Shown here: positions 25,215-37,819 of the stretch, in pieces
How positions within the stretch are numbered: position 1 is the stretch's first letter
How the letters are laid out: each line of letters starts with the position of its first letter
Assembly: GCF_006345805.1 (NCBI RefSeq)
Contig: NC_043003.1
Coordinates: forward strand, 1,860,001 to 1,924,000
DNA from: Octopus sinensis
Lineage: Eukaryota
Direction: 5' to 3'
DNA length: 64,000 nucleotides
Notes under the pieces: generated by a model
Databases searched by the model: none
Told to the model about the DNA's origin: nothing
Seen by the model: only the letters and a program-made list of their open reading frames with translations
Translations under genes and position numbers: made by a program

Positions 25215-26179
25215 TATATGTGTGGTGTGTGAATGCTTGTAAGGCATAATAAAATATTCTTGTTGTTATTTTTAAACACTCTTTTTCCTGTTTTCTGCCT
25301 TGAAAAGGAATTGTTTCTAAACAGAGAAGCAGTCCCTTTATTCTGCTGAAGGGGTTCATTTAAATGTGACCCAACAGATATCTGGCTACCGACATTGATC
25401 TGAACCTCACTTTGGTACGGTATTAAGTGACCTCATCAAATTATCACAATCAGATGGCCATATAACGATTGTCTACAGTTTTACAAATGTATTCTAGAAT
25501 GTGAGTGGGAAAAGAAGTTAACAGGTTCATGAAATATTTGTAATTTCAAATTAATTCCTCCCCAATACAGACAAATGCAAATGTAAAGAAATGACTTCTT
25601 AGATTCTAATCCAGAACCTGAAATTGGATCCACATTTTTATACAAGTTTCTTTCTTATTGTTCTTGGTTTTTGCACTTCAAAATTTACGAGAGTCAACTT
25701 CCACACTTATTTAAGTTCCATTGTTTAAGTTAACATTCTTAGGTTAAACGAGGTTCAAGCAGATAAGAGACAGAAAATCCTTTGTCTAGCCTGACCTAAT
25801 TTCATTTGAAAAAATATAAATACAGAAGTCACAATCAGTTCTGTCTTTTCACTCAGGGTCCCTTGCCTGAAGAGCACGTCTGTCTGTGTCCCACTTTATA
25901 TTTGGCTTGTCCTTGTGCAATCTCCTTCTTCCATTTGTTCTCCTAGCAGTTGACAAATGAACCTAACTACTGCAGAATGGATAACAGAATGGCAAATAAT
26001 CTGAGGGTTAGAACTCAAAGAAGTTGTGTCAAAAATTTTAATGATGAAAATAATTGGCCATTTCAACTAAGAATATTTTTCTTCCTCTCCTTTATTTGTA
26101 AGATATAAATTGTTACAGTCTTGGTGATACCAACATGCAAACATGTGCACAAAATCATTACTCAGACACACAGACAGAT

Positions 26180-28110
26180 CGATAGATATGGACACAAACA
26201 CACACATATAAATACAGTTGAAATTTAAAGAAGACAGATGTGGGAACAACAAGCAAGTGTATTAGTTTGATGCTTGGGGAAAATGGAAAAGCCTTTTACG
26301 TTTTGAGCCCACACTCTTCCACAGAAAGGATTCAAAGGAAGAAAATGGAGAGAGAAAAAGTGCAGAGTTCAACAGTCCAACATGGCAAGATAACTGGAAA
26401 ATAAGAGGTTGAATGAAAGGGAAATAATAATAAAAATGGTAATGGTAACTCCAACGAACTAAGGTGCTCAAGCATGTGTATGTGAGAATGGTGTGTGTGA
26501 GTGTGTATGTGTGAATGGGGGCAAGTGAGTCTAATGTGTGTGTGTTGTGTGTAGCAGTTGATGTGTGCTTGTACAGGTGGTGTGTGCACATGTGTATGCG
26601 TGTATGTGAGTCTGTGACCAAATAGAGTGCATGTGTATAGTGCATGTTTGTGAGCGAAAGTTATCTTTGTCTATGTATGTTGTATGTGTTTTATGCATGC
26701 AGTGTGTGTGTGTGTTGTCTGTGTTCAGGTGTTATGTGCTTGTGGGGGTGTGCATGATGGTGTGTGGTGTGTGTACTGAGTTAAACTGTATGTGGCTGCT
26801 CGTATAGTGGTATGTGTGGTGATGCTATTGAATATTGTGTGTGGGTGTGTGGATAATGATGTGTGGTGTGGGTGCTGAGAAGTGGTTGGTGCTAGTGTGT
26901 GTGGAGTGGGAAGGTGTTGTGGGTGTGTGTATGTATGTGTGCGCATGCGTAATGGTGTGTGAAGTGAGTAATGAGTTGAGCAGTGTGTATGGGTGCTTGT
27001 ATAGTGGTGTGTGTGTATGTAGTGAGGGTACTGAGTTAGGTGGATATTAGGTGTGTAGGTGAAGGTGGGGCAGTTGAATGTGGGAGGTGTGGGGGAATCT
27101 ATGTGGGGTTGGTGTCAGATGAAGCGAGGAAGTGAGTTGAGCCCATGTAGCACAAAGGAAGAAAGAAGATTAATTCCTGTTCATGACAAAGGTGAGAGTC
27201 TGGGTGGCCCCTGTGCAGAAACAGTCTGAACATAAACAGATGCTGTAGCGAATGACTGGTGGAGCGGAAGTGGCACAAGACCAGGGTATGATTGCCAAGT
27301 CTGATGTCTCAGAGGTACTATATGAAATGGTAAGCCAATTGGCATCACATTTGACCAATGTACAGGGAAGGACAGAGAGAGCAGGAGATGCAGTAAATAA
27401 CATTACTAGAGGTGAAAGGAAAGGAGTCAGTGACATGATAGGGATGGTGATGGGTGCCAGTGAGTATTGGAAAGGTAGGGGCAGGTACAACAGTATGGGT
27501 AAGAGCAAGGGAAGGAGCCGGGCTGGGAGGCAGGGGTAGAGAAGAAACTGTGGGCTAGGAAGTCATGCAGGTTATGGACTCATTTGAAGAGGGAAGGGGT
27601 AGGTTGGGGAAGATGTGTGTGTTGGAGGGGTTGGAGTGGAGTTGCTGGAAGGCTTGGAGCATGGTGTGTTGGAGGGGTGGTAGGTGAAGGGAAATGGGAG
27701 ACAGGTAAGGGTGGGGCAGGTACGAGGAGAAAGAGCAGAGGCAGGGTCCACAGATCATACCTGGACAAAGGTAGTGTGGATAATGGTGATAACAGGATGA
27801 AGTGGTGAACCACGAGTTGAGACTGAGTCTCAAAGTTATGGTCGTCACTGCAGAGCCTGCGTAGAGGGAGGAATTGGGAGTAGGGGATGGAGAGCTTGGT
27901 GTGGGTAGGGTGGGAGGAGGAGAAGTTAAGGTAGGAGTGTGAATCGGTGTGTTTGTAGTGGATGGAGGTAGTGAGAGTGGAGTGGTGTATGCTGAGAGAA
28001 ATGTCGAGAAATTCAACGGAAGAGTTAGAGATAGTGCAAGAGAATTTGAGGTTAGGATGGAAGGATTCCAGTCGTTTGTGGGAGAGTGAGGTCATCGATA
28101 TAACAAGTGT
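26180..28110 (-). mobile_element. Degenerate Penelope-like element (Neptune-like): RT thumb, GIY-YIG endonuclease, CA-rich 3' region and a degenerate hammerhead
   Basis: FHPNLKFSCTIS..VEFLDISL..TSIHYKHTDSHSYLNFSSSHPTHTKLSIPYSQFLPLRRLCSD (RT thumb) and TSSNVIYCISCSLCPSLYIGQ (GIY-YIG, ~27340-27410) with stops. Hammerhead-like motif at 26293-26328. Confidence 0.88.
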
Positions 28111-29535
28111 ATAGCTCAAGAGTGGGACCAGTGGATTGTAAGAATATTTGGGCCTCAACATAACCAATGAACAGATTCACATAGTTGGGGGCCCTCTCTC
28201 ATTCCCATACATATATATGAGTACACACACACACATAGTCTAATGAAGGCTAGCAGTGTGAAACTTCGAGGTCACTGTCACCCCTATTACATATACAATA
28301 CCAAAAGTGTTGAGTAGTTTTTCAGCTGTATGTTAAAAGGTTTTTATATATAAATTGACATAAAAACAAGCATTAATACATACACACACATAAACGTAGA
28401 TATGTGGGTTGAAAAGAGTTCACGGATTTTTGCTTGGAAGCAACTTGAAATAATATTTCATTAACAGTTAAAATATTAAATTTCAAGGGCTTTCATTATC
28501 TTCCCTGGATTTGGGGATTCCAACTTTACGATAGTACCACACACACACCAGTTTGTTAAAAACATTGGAAAGAAGTACTGAATATGAACTTAGAATGTAA
28601 TGGTTTGTTGAAGCCGGTCCAGTGGCCCTGTTACTGTGGAATCTCTGCAATGCGTAGCCAGTTCTCTTTGTTGGTTTACTTAAGGAAACAGCTACAAGCC
28701 ATAGAAACTCCAGACTGTCAGTTCAGTGGCCTGACCTGTATGCAGTGGCGAACTGAATCTAAAAATATTGGTTGCCAGGAGACTAAGGAAGCTTACCTGC
28801 AACTACAAGGGACCCCACCCACAACTACAATGCTATCATTTAATTTTTTTTTTGTTAAAAGTATTTTTTTCAACTGTCTACAAACACAGCCAGGCTGAAA
28901 TAATTAATGCATTCTTCCAGGAGTGAATAAAAAATACTCAAACTTAAGGGGATGGGCCCCCATATATAGATTCTAATAGAGTAGGGGCCCACTTGCCATT
29001 GGGCAAGTTGGCAACCTAACCAGTCTGCCACTGCCTATATGTATGTACCAGGGATGTGCCGCCTGGGTAGGCAAGGTAAGCAGTGCCTACCTTGGATAAA
29101 ATAAATCGATAGCAACATTTTCCTTTCATGGCAAAATATGCACCTAATTCAATAAAATTATGAAGGTTGCTCTGATTACTCTGCATAAATTGCAAAATAT
29201 TCTATTTTTTTTGTAGATTAGGTTGGCAGAATTCGCCCCTGCCTTTCAATCTCAGTATCAAAGTTACGCATAGAACTGCGTACATTCCTATAACACCGTT
29301 TTCTTGATGTACTCTAAAGGCAGAAGTAAATCTGCCTACAACTCAGTCGCACGCCTGTGCTTTGCTTACTTTCTGTACGTGTTGTACAACCCTGAGTAAT
29401 TACAGACGCCACGTGCCTAATACATATGTATACACATCTCGCTTCTACCTTTTACTTGTCTTCGTCATTGAACTGCAGCCATAATTAAACATGACCTTGA
29501 AGAACTTTTAGTGGAATGAATCAACTCTGGTACTC

Positions 29536-29753
29536 TTACTCTTTACTCTTTTACTTGTTTCAGTCATTTGACTGCAGCCATGCTGGAGCACTGCCTTTAG
29601 TCGAGCAAATCGCCCCCAGGACTTATTCTTTGTAAACCTAGTACTTATTCTATCGGACTCTTTTGCCAAACTGCTAAGTTACGGGGACGTAAACACACCA
29701 GCATCGGTTGTCAAGTGATGTTGGGGGGGACATACAAACACAGACACACAAAC

Positions 29754-29784
<31 letters not shown>

Positions 29785-29945
29785 CATATATACGACAGTT
29801 TTCTTTCAGTTTCCGTCTACCAAATCCACTCACAGGACTTTGGTTGGCCTGTGGCTATAGTAGAAGACATTTGCCGAAGGTGCTACGCAGTGGGAATGAA
29901 CCCAGAACCATGTGGTTGGGAAGCAAGCTTTTTACCACTCAGCTA
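29536..29945 (-). mobile_element. Full-length tRNA-derived SINE with CORE-like centre and internal microsatellite; similar copies at 36275-36663 (-), ~45700-45990, ~48285-48840 (+) and 52760-53240 (-)
   Basis: Clearest in the 36275-36663 copy, whose minus strand reads gtggctgtgtggtaagtagcttgcttaccaaccacatggttccaggttcagtcccactgcgtggcaccttgggcaagtgc; the 3' part ends gactgaaacaagtaaaagagtaaaga. Confidence 0.85.
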
Positions 29946-30105
29946 CTCTTTATTTTAATTTTTTTTTAGGCTGGTACTTATTTTATTGGACTCTGTTTGC
30001 CAAACAGTTAAGTTACGGGGGCATAAACACATCAAGCGGCAGTGGAGTCACAAACACAGACACAAAGGCATACACACACATGCATTACAGAAAATATAGC
30101 CCCCA

Positions 30106-30157
<52 letters not shown>

Positions 30158-31720
30158 GATGTAATGAATCCATAAACACATATGTAAAACATCCAAGGGT
30201 AAATATATATATTTTTCCCTCTGAAGATATTATACTCAGGTCATATGAATTTAATATTTAATTAATTCTCTGAGTTTTAATTGAAATGGCTGTGAGGGAT
30301 GATGTTTGATTTGTTGATAATAAACAATCATTAACTTCCCAATCTCAATTTTCTTTTCCTTTATATATATACATACATACACACACACACACATAGAGCA
30401 GGATTTCAATTTCCATCAACTAAATCCACTCACAAGGTTTTGGTTCACCTGAGGACGCAGTTGAAGACATATGCCCATGGTGCCACGCAGTGTGACTGAA
30501 CCTGAAACCATGTGGTTTGGAAGCGAACTTCTTACCACACAGCTGTGCCTGTAAACATATATATATATATTTTTTTAATATAAAGGGATAATCTCCTAGC
30601 ATTTACAAACTTACCACCCAAAGTCAACGTTCCATCAGCTAGAAGCAGAAGCTAAATCCCCCTTAAATCACGCCCTACCATTTTTTTTTTTTTAATACGA
30701 TTTTGTCCCAAACAAAGTTTGAAGCCAGTGTAGCGTAAGGAACTATAAGAAGGAAACAGAAACTCAAAAGATGTTTATTGAGAGAAGGCTTAAGGGACGG
30801 AATGTGGGAGACCAGAGGAAAAGGGGGTGATGTTAGTGAGTTTCAAAGAATAGCATTTGAAGAGAAGAAGCCGTGTTAAAAAACGAAACAACACATAGGA
30901 AAATGTGATTCTAGACAAGCTATATCGGTAAAAGGCATGGTTACGCTGGACAGTTGCCCGGGGGCCTCACGTGTCTAGGTGCACAATTCCGATCTACGTA
31001 CGATGTGGCTTTCTGTTAATAAATAAACACCATAAGGGCCCGGTGCATTGATTTTTTTTTTGTCTACGGGCTTATAATGCTGCTAAGATAGTTTTGCTCA
31101 TACAGTGTTTTGATCCTAAATCTATTGGATCAGGACTGTCCTGGGGGTTAAACAATATTAAATTACTAATTACCGTAAAGGTCACCCAATGAAAGAAGGG
31201 ACATAACTCTATGACGTGTCGGCAACATCCCAAGAAATGTCTAAAGTTGCAGGTGCGTGTGTGTGAGGATGTAATTTTAGTTTACTTTATACAAGTTTAA
31301 CATCAACTTTCGGGACACCAATGGTCCGGAACCTCTTATAATCGGCGCTGGTTTACAAGCACCAGATTCCCGTGACCGCCAGACTACTTTACTGGGCAAC
31401 TCGGTTTCACAGGGCTTTGCAAAGGACAGTATTAATAAACTTGTAACATTTACACTAACGTAAATGTTCCTGTATTTCATTTAATTATTTAAGTAAATCT
31501 AATATTTGTTTAAAATTAGAAGCGACCACATCTAGTTCGGAAAACAATCATAAAAGGCTTTGGAACCAAAGTTCCCGCAAAATTGAAGATGTCCCTGTTA
31601 CTAATGACAAAGTGTCTCCCTTTCTAAAAAAGAGAGTCCTTTAACTAATTATCTAATAATCTTTTGTTATAGTTTCGTAGTTTATAACAGAAAATTTACA
31701 ATTCTAATTTTAAGCTAATA

Positions 31721-32010
31721 ACTTACCTGAACGTTGTGGCACCGGGACCGAAATAACTGCTCCAAGGGAGAGAATTCCAAGTTTAGAAGCTGCGTATTTT
31801 TTTTTTATTTATTTTTTTTTTATGGAGATTTTCGAAAGGGTCGCTCAAGATTCGAGCGCGATTTTATTTTTTTCGAGAAATGAACCACATGACATGAAAC
31901 ACAGCTCATCAGGCCGCATCACCAAAAAAAAAAAAAAAAAGGTGTTTTTCGTAAGGTGCGCCATTCAGAAAGCCCCACGAGCCGCCGCCGGTCGCCCGAG
32001 GCTGCTCCAG
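31721..32010 (-). promoter_or_regulatory. Candidate non-coding first exon/promoter on the minus strand
   Basis: Perfect CAG|GTAAGT donor (intron begins 31726) next to a locally CpG-rich patch (gccgccgccggtcgcccgagg at ~31980). No ATG just before the donor. Confidence 0.4.
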
Positions 32011-32540
32011 ACTGTCACAACTATCGTTGTTTAATTAAATTGAACTACAATCGTGTAGGATTTGATAAGCTGGTGAATTCTTGTTTCTACTTTAGGCACG
32101 AGGCCAACAATTTAGCAGAGAGGAGGGTAGTCGCTGCTATTGGTCCCCAATACTTGACTGGTACTTTATTTAATCGACCCTGGAGGTATGAAAGACAAAG
32201 TTGCGCTCGGTGGGATGTGAAACTGGAATGTAAAGAGTCGGAATAAATGCCACAGGGCATTTCTTTCGATGCTCTAACGATTCTTCCGACTGAATATTCT
32301 TAGAGTAGGATGCAGTAGAATACATACACACACATACATAAATACTACATACACACACTTACACATACATACATGCACACACATACATACATTCATGCAT
32401 ACATACTACATACACACACACACATACTACGTACATACACACACACACATACATAGATACATACATACATACACACACACATACACATACATGTTTGTTT
32501 TGGGTGGTGGTGGTGGAGAGTTTGACTCAGATCCCTATTC

Positions 32541-32596
32541 TGCCCATCTGATGAGTGTGTAAGAGTTAATTCCGCACGAAACTCCGAGCCATGGCA
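32541..32596 (+). ncRNA. Type I hammerhead-ribozyme-like motif with a non-canonical GCC at the cleavage site
   Basis: tgcccat-CTGATGA-gtgtg(13 nt)cgcac-GAAA-ctc c gag-CC-atggca. Stem I (with a bulge), stem II (5 bp) and stem III pair; position 16.1 is C, not U. Confidence 0.55.
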
Positions 32597-32709
32597 ATCA
32601 TTTGTTAGTAATGATGCGATGAAGCTGTGTCCTACACTCCAACAATATTCATTGATTTATAGTTGAGCGATCTTTCCAGTTTTTGACGAAACCTTCACAC
32701 CAGTTACAC

Positions 32710-34713
32710 GCATGTATGTATGTATGTATGTATGTATGTATGTGCGTGTTTGCATGTATATATGTATGTCTTTCTGCTTGTCAGTCAGTATGTATGTATA
32801 GTGGTGTATGTATGTATGTATGTATGTAATTGTTCAGTTATATTTCAAGATTTCTTTCCAATGGAGAAAGAACCGGTTTCTGACCTAGATCCAAGGTTCC
32901 TTCATTGGAATTTCAACATCAACAACGGTATTTTTGTTTGTTTGTATGTATGTATGTATGTATGTATGTATGTATGTATGTATGTATGTATGTATGTATG
33001 TATGTATGTATGTATATGTATGTATGTATGTGAATGTATGTATGTATGTGAATGTATGTATGTATGTATGTATGTATGTATGTATGTATGTATGTATGTG
33101 ATTGTATGTATGTATGTGTATGTATGTATGTATGTATTGAATGTATGTATGTATGTATGTGTGTGTGTATGTATGTATGTAGTATGTATGTATGTATGTA
33201 TGATGTATGTATGTATGTATGTATATGTGAATGTATGTATGTATGTGAATGTATGTATGTATGTGAATGTATGTATGTATGTATGTATGTGTGTGTGTAT
33301 GTATGTATGTCTTCTCATGCATATAGTTGCATATCTAGACATGCTCATATATATTTAAATGATATACTTTTGTAAAGTTTTACAGACTTTTACAGTTCCA
33401 GTGATGGATTGGATCTGTAGTCTTCAAATTAGCTTTCTCCTTTCTGGTTTTGAGAAGCCTAGTTTCTCAGGATTGGTATGTATGTATGTATGTATGTATG
33501 TATGTGAATGTATGTATGTATGTATGTATGTATGTATGTGAATGTATGTATGTATGTATGTATGTATGTATGTATGTAGTGAATGTATGTATGTATGTAT
33601 GTATGTATGTGTATGTATGTGAATGTATGTATGTATGTATGTATGTATGTATGTGATGTATGTATGTATGTGATGTATGTATGTATGTATGTATGTTGTA
33701 TGTATGTATGTGAATGTATGTATGTGTATGTATGTATGTATATGTATGTATGTATATGTATGTATGTATGTGAATGTATTGTATGTATGTATGTATGTAT
33801 GTATGTGAATGTATGTATGTATATGTGAATGTATGTATGTATGTGAATGTATGTATGTATGTGAATGTATGATGTATGTATGTATTGTATGTATGTATGT
33901 ATGTTGTGTATGTATGTATGTATTCTCATGCATATAGTTGCATATCTAGACATGCTCATATATATTTAAATGATATACTTTTGTAAAGTTTTACAGACTT
34001 TTACAGTTCCAGTGATGGATTGGATCTGCAGTCTTCAAATTAGCTTTCTCCTTTCTGGTTTTGAGAAGCCTAGTTTCTCAGGATTGGTATGTATGTATGT
34101 ATGTATGTATGTATGTATGTATGTGAATGTATGTATGTATGTATGTGAATGTATGTATGTATGTATGTATGTATGTATGTATGTATGTATGTATGTATGT
34201 ATGTGAATGTATGTATGTATGTATGTATGTATGTATGTATGTATGTGAATGTATGTATGTATGTATGTATGTATGTATGTATGTATGTATGTATGTATGT
34301 GAATGTATGTTGTATGTATGTATGTATGTATGTATGTGAATGTATGTATGTATGTATGTATGTATGTATGTATGTATGTATGTATGTATGTATGTATGTA
34401 TGTATGTGAATGTATGTATGTATGTATGTATGTATGTATGTATGTATGTATGTGAATGTATGTATGTATGTATGTATGTATGTATGTATGTATGTATGCA
34501 TGCATGTATGTATGTACGTATGTATGTATGTGAATGTATGTATGTATGTATGTATGTATGTATGTATGTATGTATGTATGTATGTTGTATGTATGTATGT
34601 ATGTATGTGTGTGTGTATGTATGTATGTATGTATGTATGTATGTATGTGAATGTATGTATGTATGTATGTATGTATGTATGTATGTATGTGAATGTATGT
34701 ATGTATGTATGTA

Positions 34714-34745
<32 letters not shown>

Positions 34746-34990
34746 AATGTATGTATGTATGTATGTATGTATGCATGTATGTATGTATGTGAATGTATGT
34801 ATGTATGTTATGTATGTATGTATGCATGTATGTATGTATGTATGCATGCATGTATGTATGTATGCATGCATGTATGTATGTATGCATGCATGTATGTATG
34901 TATGTGTCTGTGCATGAATGTATGTCTGTCTGTCTGTATGTTGTATCCATGTGTATTGAGTGCGTGTATGTATGTGTGCGTGCGTGCGTG
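32710..34990. repeat. ~2.3-kb (TATG)n microsatellite with TGAA interruptions and two copies of a 165-bp unique island
   Basis: Direct reading; islands at 33312-33476 and 33923-34087. Confidence 0.95.
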
Positions 34991-35142
34991 TGTTGTGTGT
35001 GTGTTAGATTCATGTTTTTATTTAGTAAAGTTTTACTTTCAGAAAGATATATTTCCCTTGAAATTCACAACTTTTCCCTTTTCCGTTCGCCGTTTAGTTA
35101 TTATTTTAGAAGGAACCAGTTTCTCATGAAGACCGTTTTGCT

Positions 35143-35229
35143 ATGATTTCGTCTCTGCGAGTGATTATTAACAATCGAACTTGTTATCAATCGTTCACTC
35201 GATTTAATTTGATACGACATTATGGGAAG
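35143..35229 (+). CDS. COX18: COX18 coding exon 1 (putative mitochondrial presequence MISSLRVIINNRTCYQSFTRFNLIRHYGK)
   Basis: ATG at 35143, 29 codons, Arg/Ser-rich with no acidic residues. It ends AAG|GTATGT in phase 0, matching the phase-0 acceptor at 39588; the next exon has no in-frame ATG before residues needed as a presequence. Confidence 0.7.
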
Positions 35230-36274
35230 GTATGTAGCTATTGAAAAAAGAGAAGCCTTTCTCCGCTTTCCATTAATTTATTTCAGACAGACCCAACCCA
35301 GAACAGTAACCTCGTCAGAGGTCGGACAGGCGAATCATTTATACAGAGATATATCTTATCTTACATAATTCATTTGTATTTCATTTAAATGCTGGTGTTT
35401 CATAATAACTCTAGTTTCATATTACCTGATGATGTATAACTACTTCTTGAAATCAATAAAGAATTTTGCAAGTTTCCTCTCAGTGCTAAATGCATAAAGA
35501 CACGTGCTTTTAAAAGGCGCCGGACTAACTTTTAAAGATGCTTCGATGGAATTGTATTTTTATTTCATTATTGTTATTTTGTATTTTCACACAGAAAAAC
35601 CTGCTTTGAGAGGTTGAAATAAAAACTTCAAAGCTTTAAAAAAAGAATCAGCGAGTTTTTGATCAGCACCTGAGTCAGTCCCAAATCGGACAAATTTATC
35701 TTCAAAAATGTTCCAACAATAACTATTTCGGGGGTTTTTTCTCCTTTTTTCCCTTCCAGTCAAGTCTGTTTAGCATTACACCATCATCAAATATGCCCTT
35801 TCCTATTCTAAGACTGCACAGTGTGATATTAGGGCGGTTTGACAGCTATTTCTAGCAGACTTTATAAAGGCTGCCTCCCCTGTTCTATTTATAAGGTGAC
35901 CTGCACTATTAAGTGTGCAGCATCGCCAGTAAATGGGAAGGATTCTGGCAGCTGGGAACTGTCGTTTATTTCTGGGTCAAGTAAGGAACTTCTTTGTTGT
36001 CGGTGAAGCTGTTAGAAATAACAGCCAAATCGCCCTCAAATCACACCCTGCTGTCTTATAAAAGAGAAAAACATTGGATTATGTGTGAAATTTTAGTGTA
36101 AAATGCATCAACCATTTGAACCTGGTTGCAGAATGTAAAATAACAGGAAACGAATGTTTTTATTTCTCCATGGCTGAAAGATTGAACTTGTTCTGGCTGG
36201 TTTCATGGTCATCAATTAATTGGGTAATGAATTCATACTAGTAAACTCACCTTGATGGTCACGGCTAGAACCCA

Positions 36275-36663
36275 TTTACTCTTTACTCGTTTCAGTCATT
36301 TGACCGTGGCCATGCTGGAGCACTGCCTTCTTTTTAGTCGAGTAAATCGACCCCAGGACTTATTCTTTGTAAGCCTAGTACTTATTCTATCGGTCTCTTT
36401 TGCCGAACCACTAAGTTATGGGGACGTAAACACACCAACATCAGTTGTCAAGCGATGGTGAGGGGACAAGCACAGATACACAAACACACACACACACACA
36501 TATATACGGCGGGCTTCTTTCAGTTTCCGTCTACCAAATCCACTCACAAGGCTTTGGTTGGCCCGAGGCTATAGTAGAAAGCACTTGCCCAAGGTGCCAC
36601 GCAGTGGGACTGAACCTGGAACCATGTGGTTGGTAAGCAAGCTACTTACCACACAGCCACTCC
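36275..36663 (-). mobile_element. Full-length tRNA-derived CORE-like SINE in COX18 intron 1
   Basis: Same family as 29536-29945; intact A/B-box head at the right end. Confidence 0.85.
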
Positions 36664-37819
36664 TACGAATCTGTACTGTCCGGCTTGACCGGGGCTAAAC
36701 CACAAGGTGTTTATATGTTTTGAAAATGACAAACCGTAAAGGCTTAGATTTCCTTAACATTCGACTGTCTTGAAACATCTCTATTTTCTTCTCATGGAAG
36801 ACAATCTTCAGGCGGTAAATTAGCAGAATTAATTGAACATCGTGTAGCTTAGTACCCAGGGTATTTGACTCACAACCGTACGGTTGCGAGTTCCATTCCT
36901 TGCAGCGTGTTGTGTCATTGAGCAAGACACTTCCTTTCTCGTTGCTTCACTCCACTCAGCTGGCAAAAATGAGTAGTACTTTTATTTCAAAGGGCCAGCC
37001 TTGCCACAATCTCAGAAGGATTTCCTTTTGTGCCCCCGCCCATAAATTTTTTAAAAAAGATACACATGGTGGAAAATTGATTTCATAACATGTCTTATAA
37101 GAATAAGGATGAGAAAGTCATAAGAATTCAGAATTTCTGTTAAAAAAAACTTCATTTCTGTATTATGAATATTCATATCTTAATTTGCCCAACGTTAAGG
37201 CCTAAATTGCCTAAATCTATGAAATTTGCCTAACCTTGGGACACGAATGTTCATAATACAGAAATGAGGGTTTTTTTTAAAGAAATTCTTAATTTTTATG
37301 ACTTTCTCATCATTGAGACATGGTAGGAAATCTATTTTCCACCATTCTTTTATTTGTTTCAGTCACTTGACTGCGGCCATGCTGGAGCACTGCCCTTAGT
37401 CGAGTAATTGACCCCAGAACTTACATACAGTTTTTGTCTATTACCAAATCCATTTCCAGGGCATTAGTCAGCCATAAGCCATGTATCAGTTTATTAATTC
37501 TGCCTTAAAATTTCATTTTACCAACCTGTGCTTGTCTGCCAGCTGAACGATGGTAGCTTTCGGAAAGCTTTACATAGCTTGCAGCTCTTTTATTATCAAG
37601 GATTCAAATGTGTATGCTTCAATAACATTAAACCATTTTATTGAACAACACTGTAAAACTCCATCTATTATTTGCATGTTTCCCACCAGAAAGGAAGAAA
37701 ACAAAAAAACATGATATTAGGTGGTGAAGTTTTCCCCCAAGACATGCACATTTATTAAAAAAAGACATAATCTTGTAATAAAGCTTTTAGTTTTTCTTTA
37801 TTATATATCATCATAATGA

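Noticed and set aside
25855-25965. Possible exon (ENKWKKEIAQGQAKYKVGH... on minus; GPLPEEHVC... on plus)
   Set aside because: Both frames end in stops with no good donor, and neither is recognisable.
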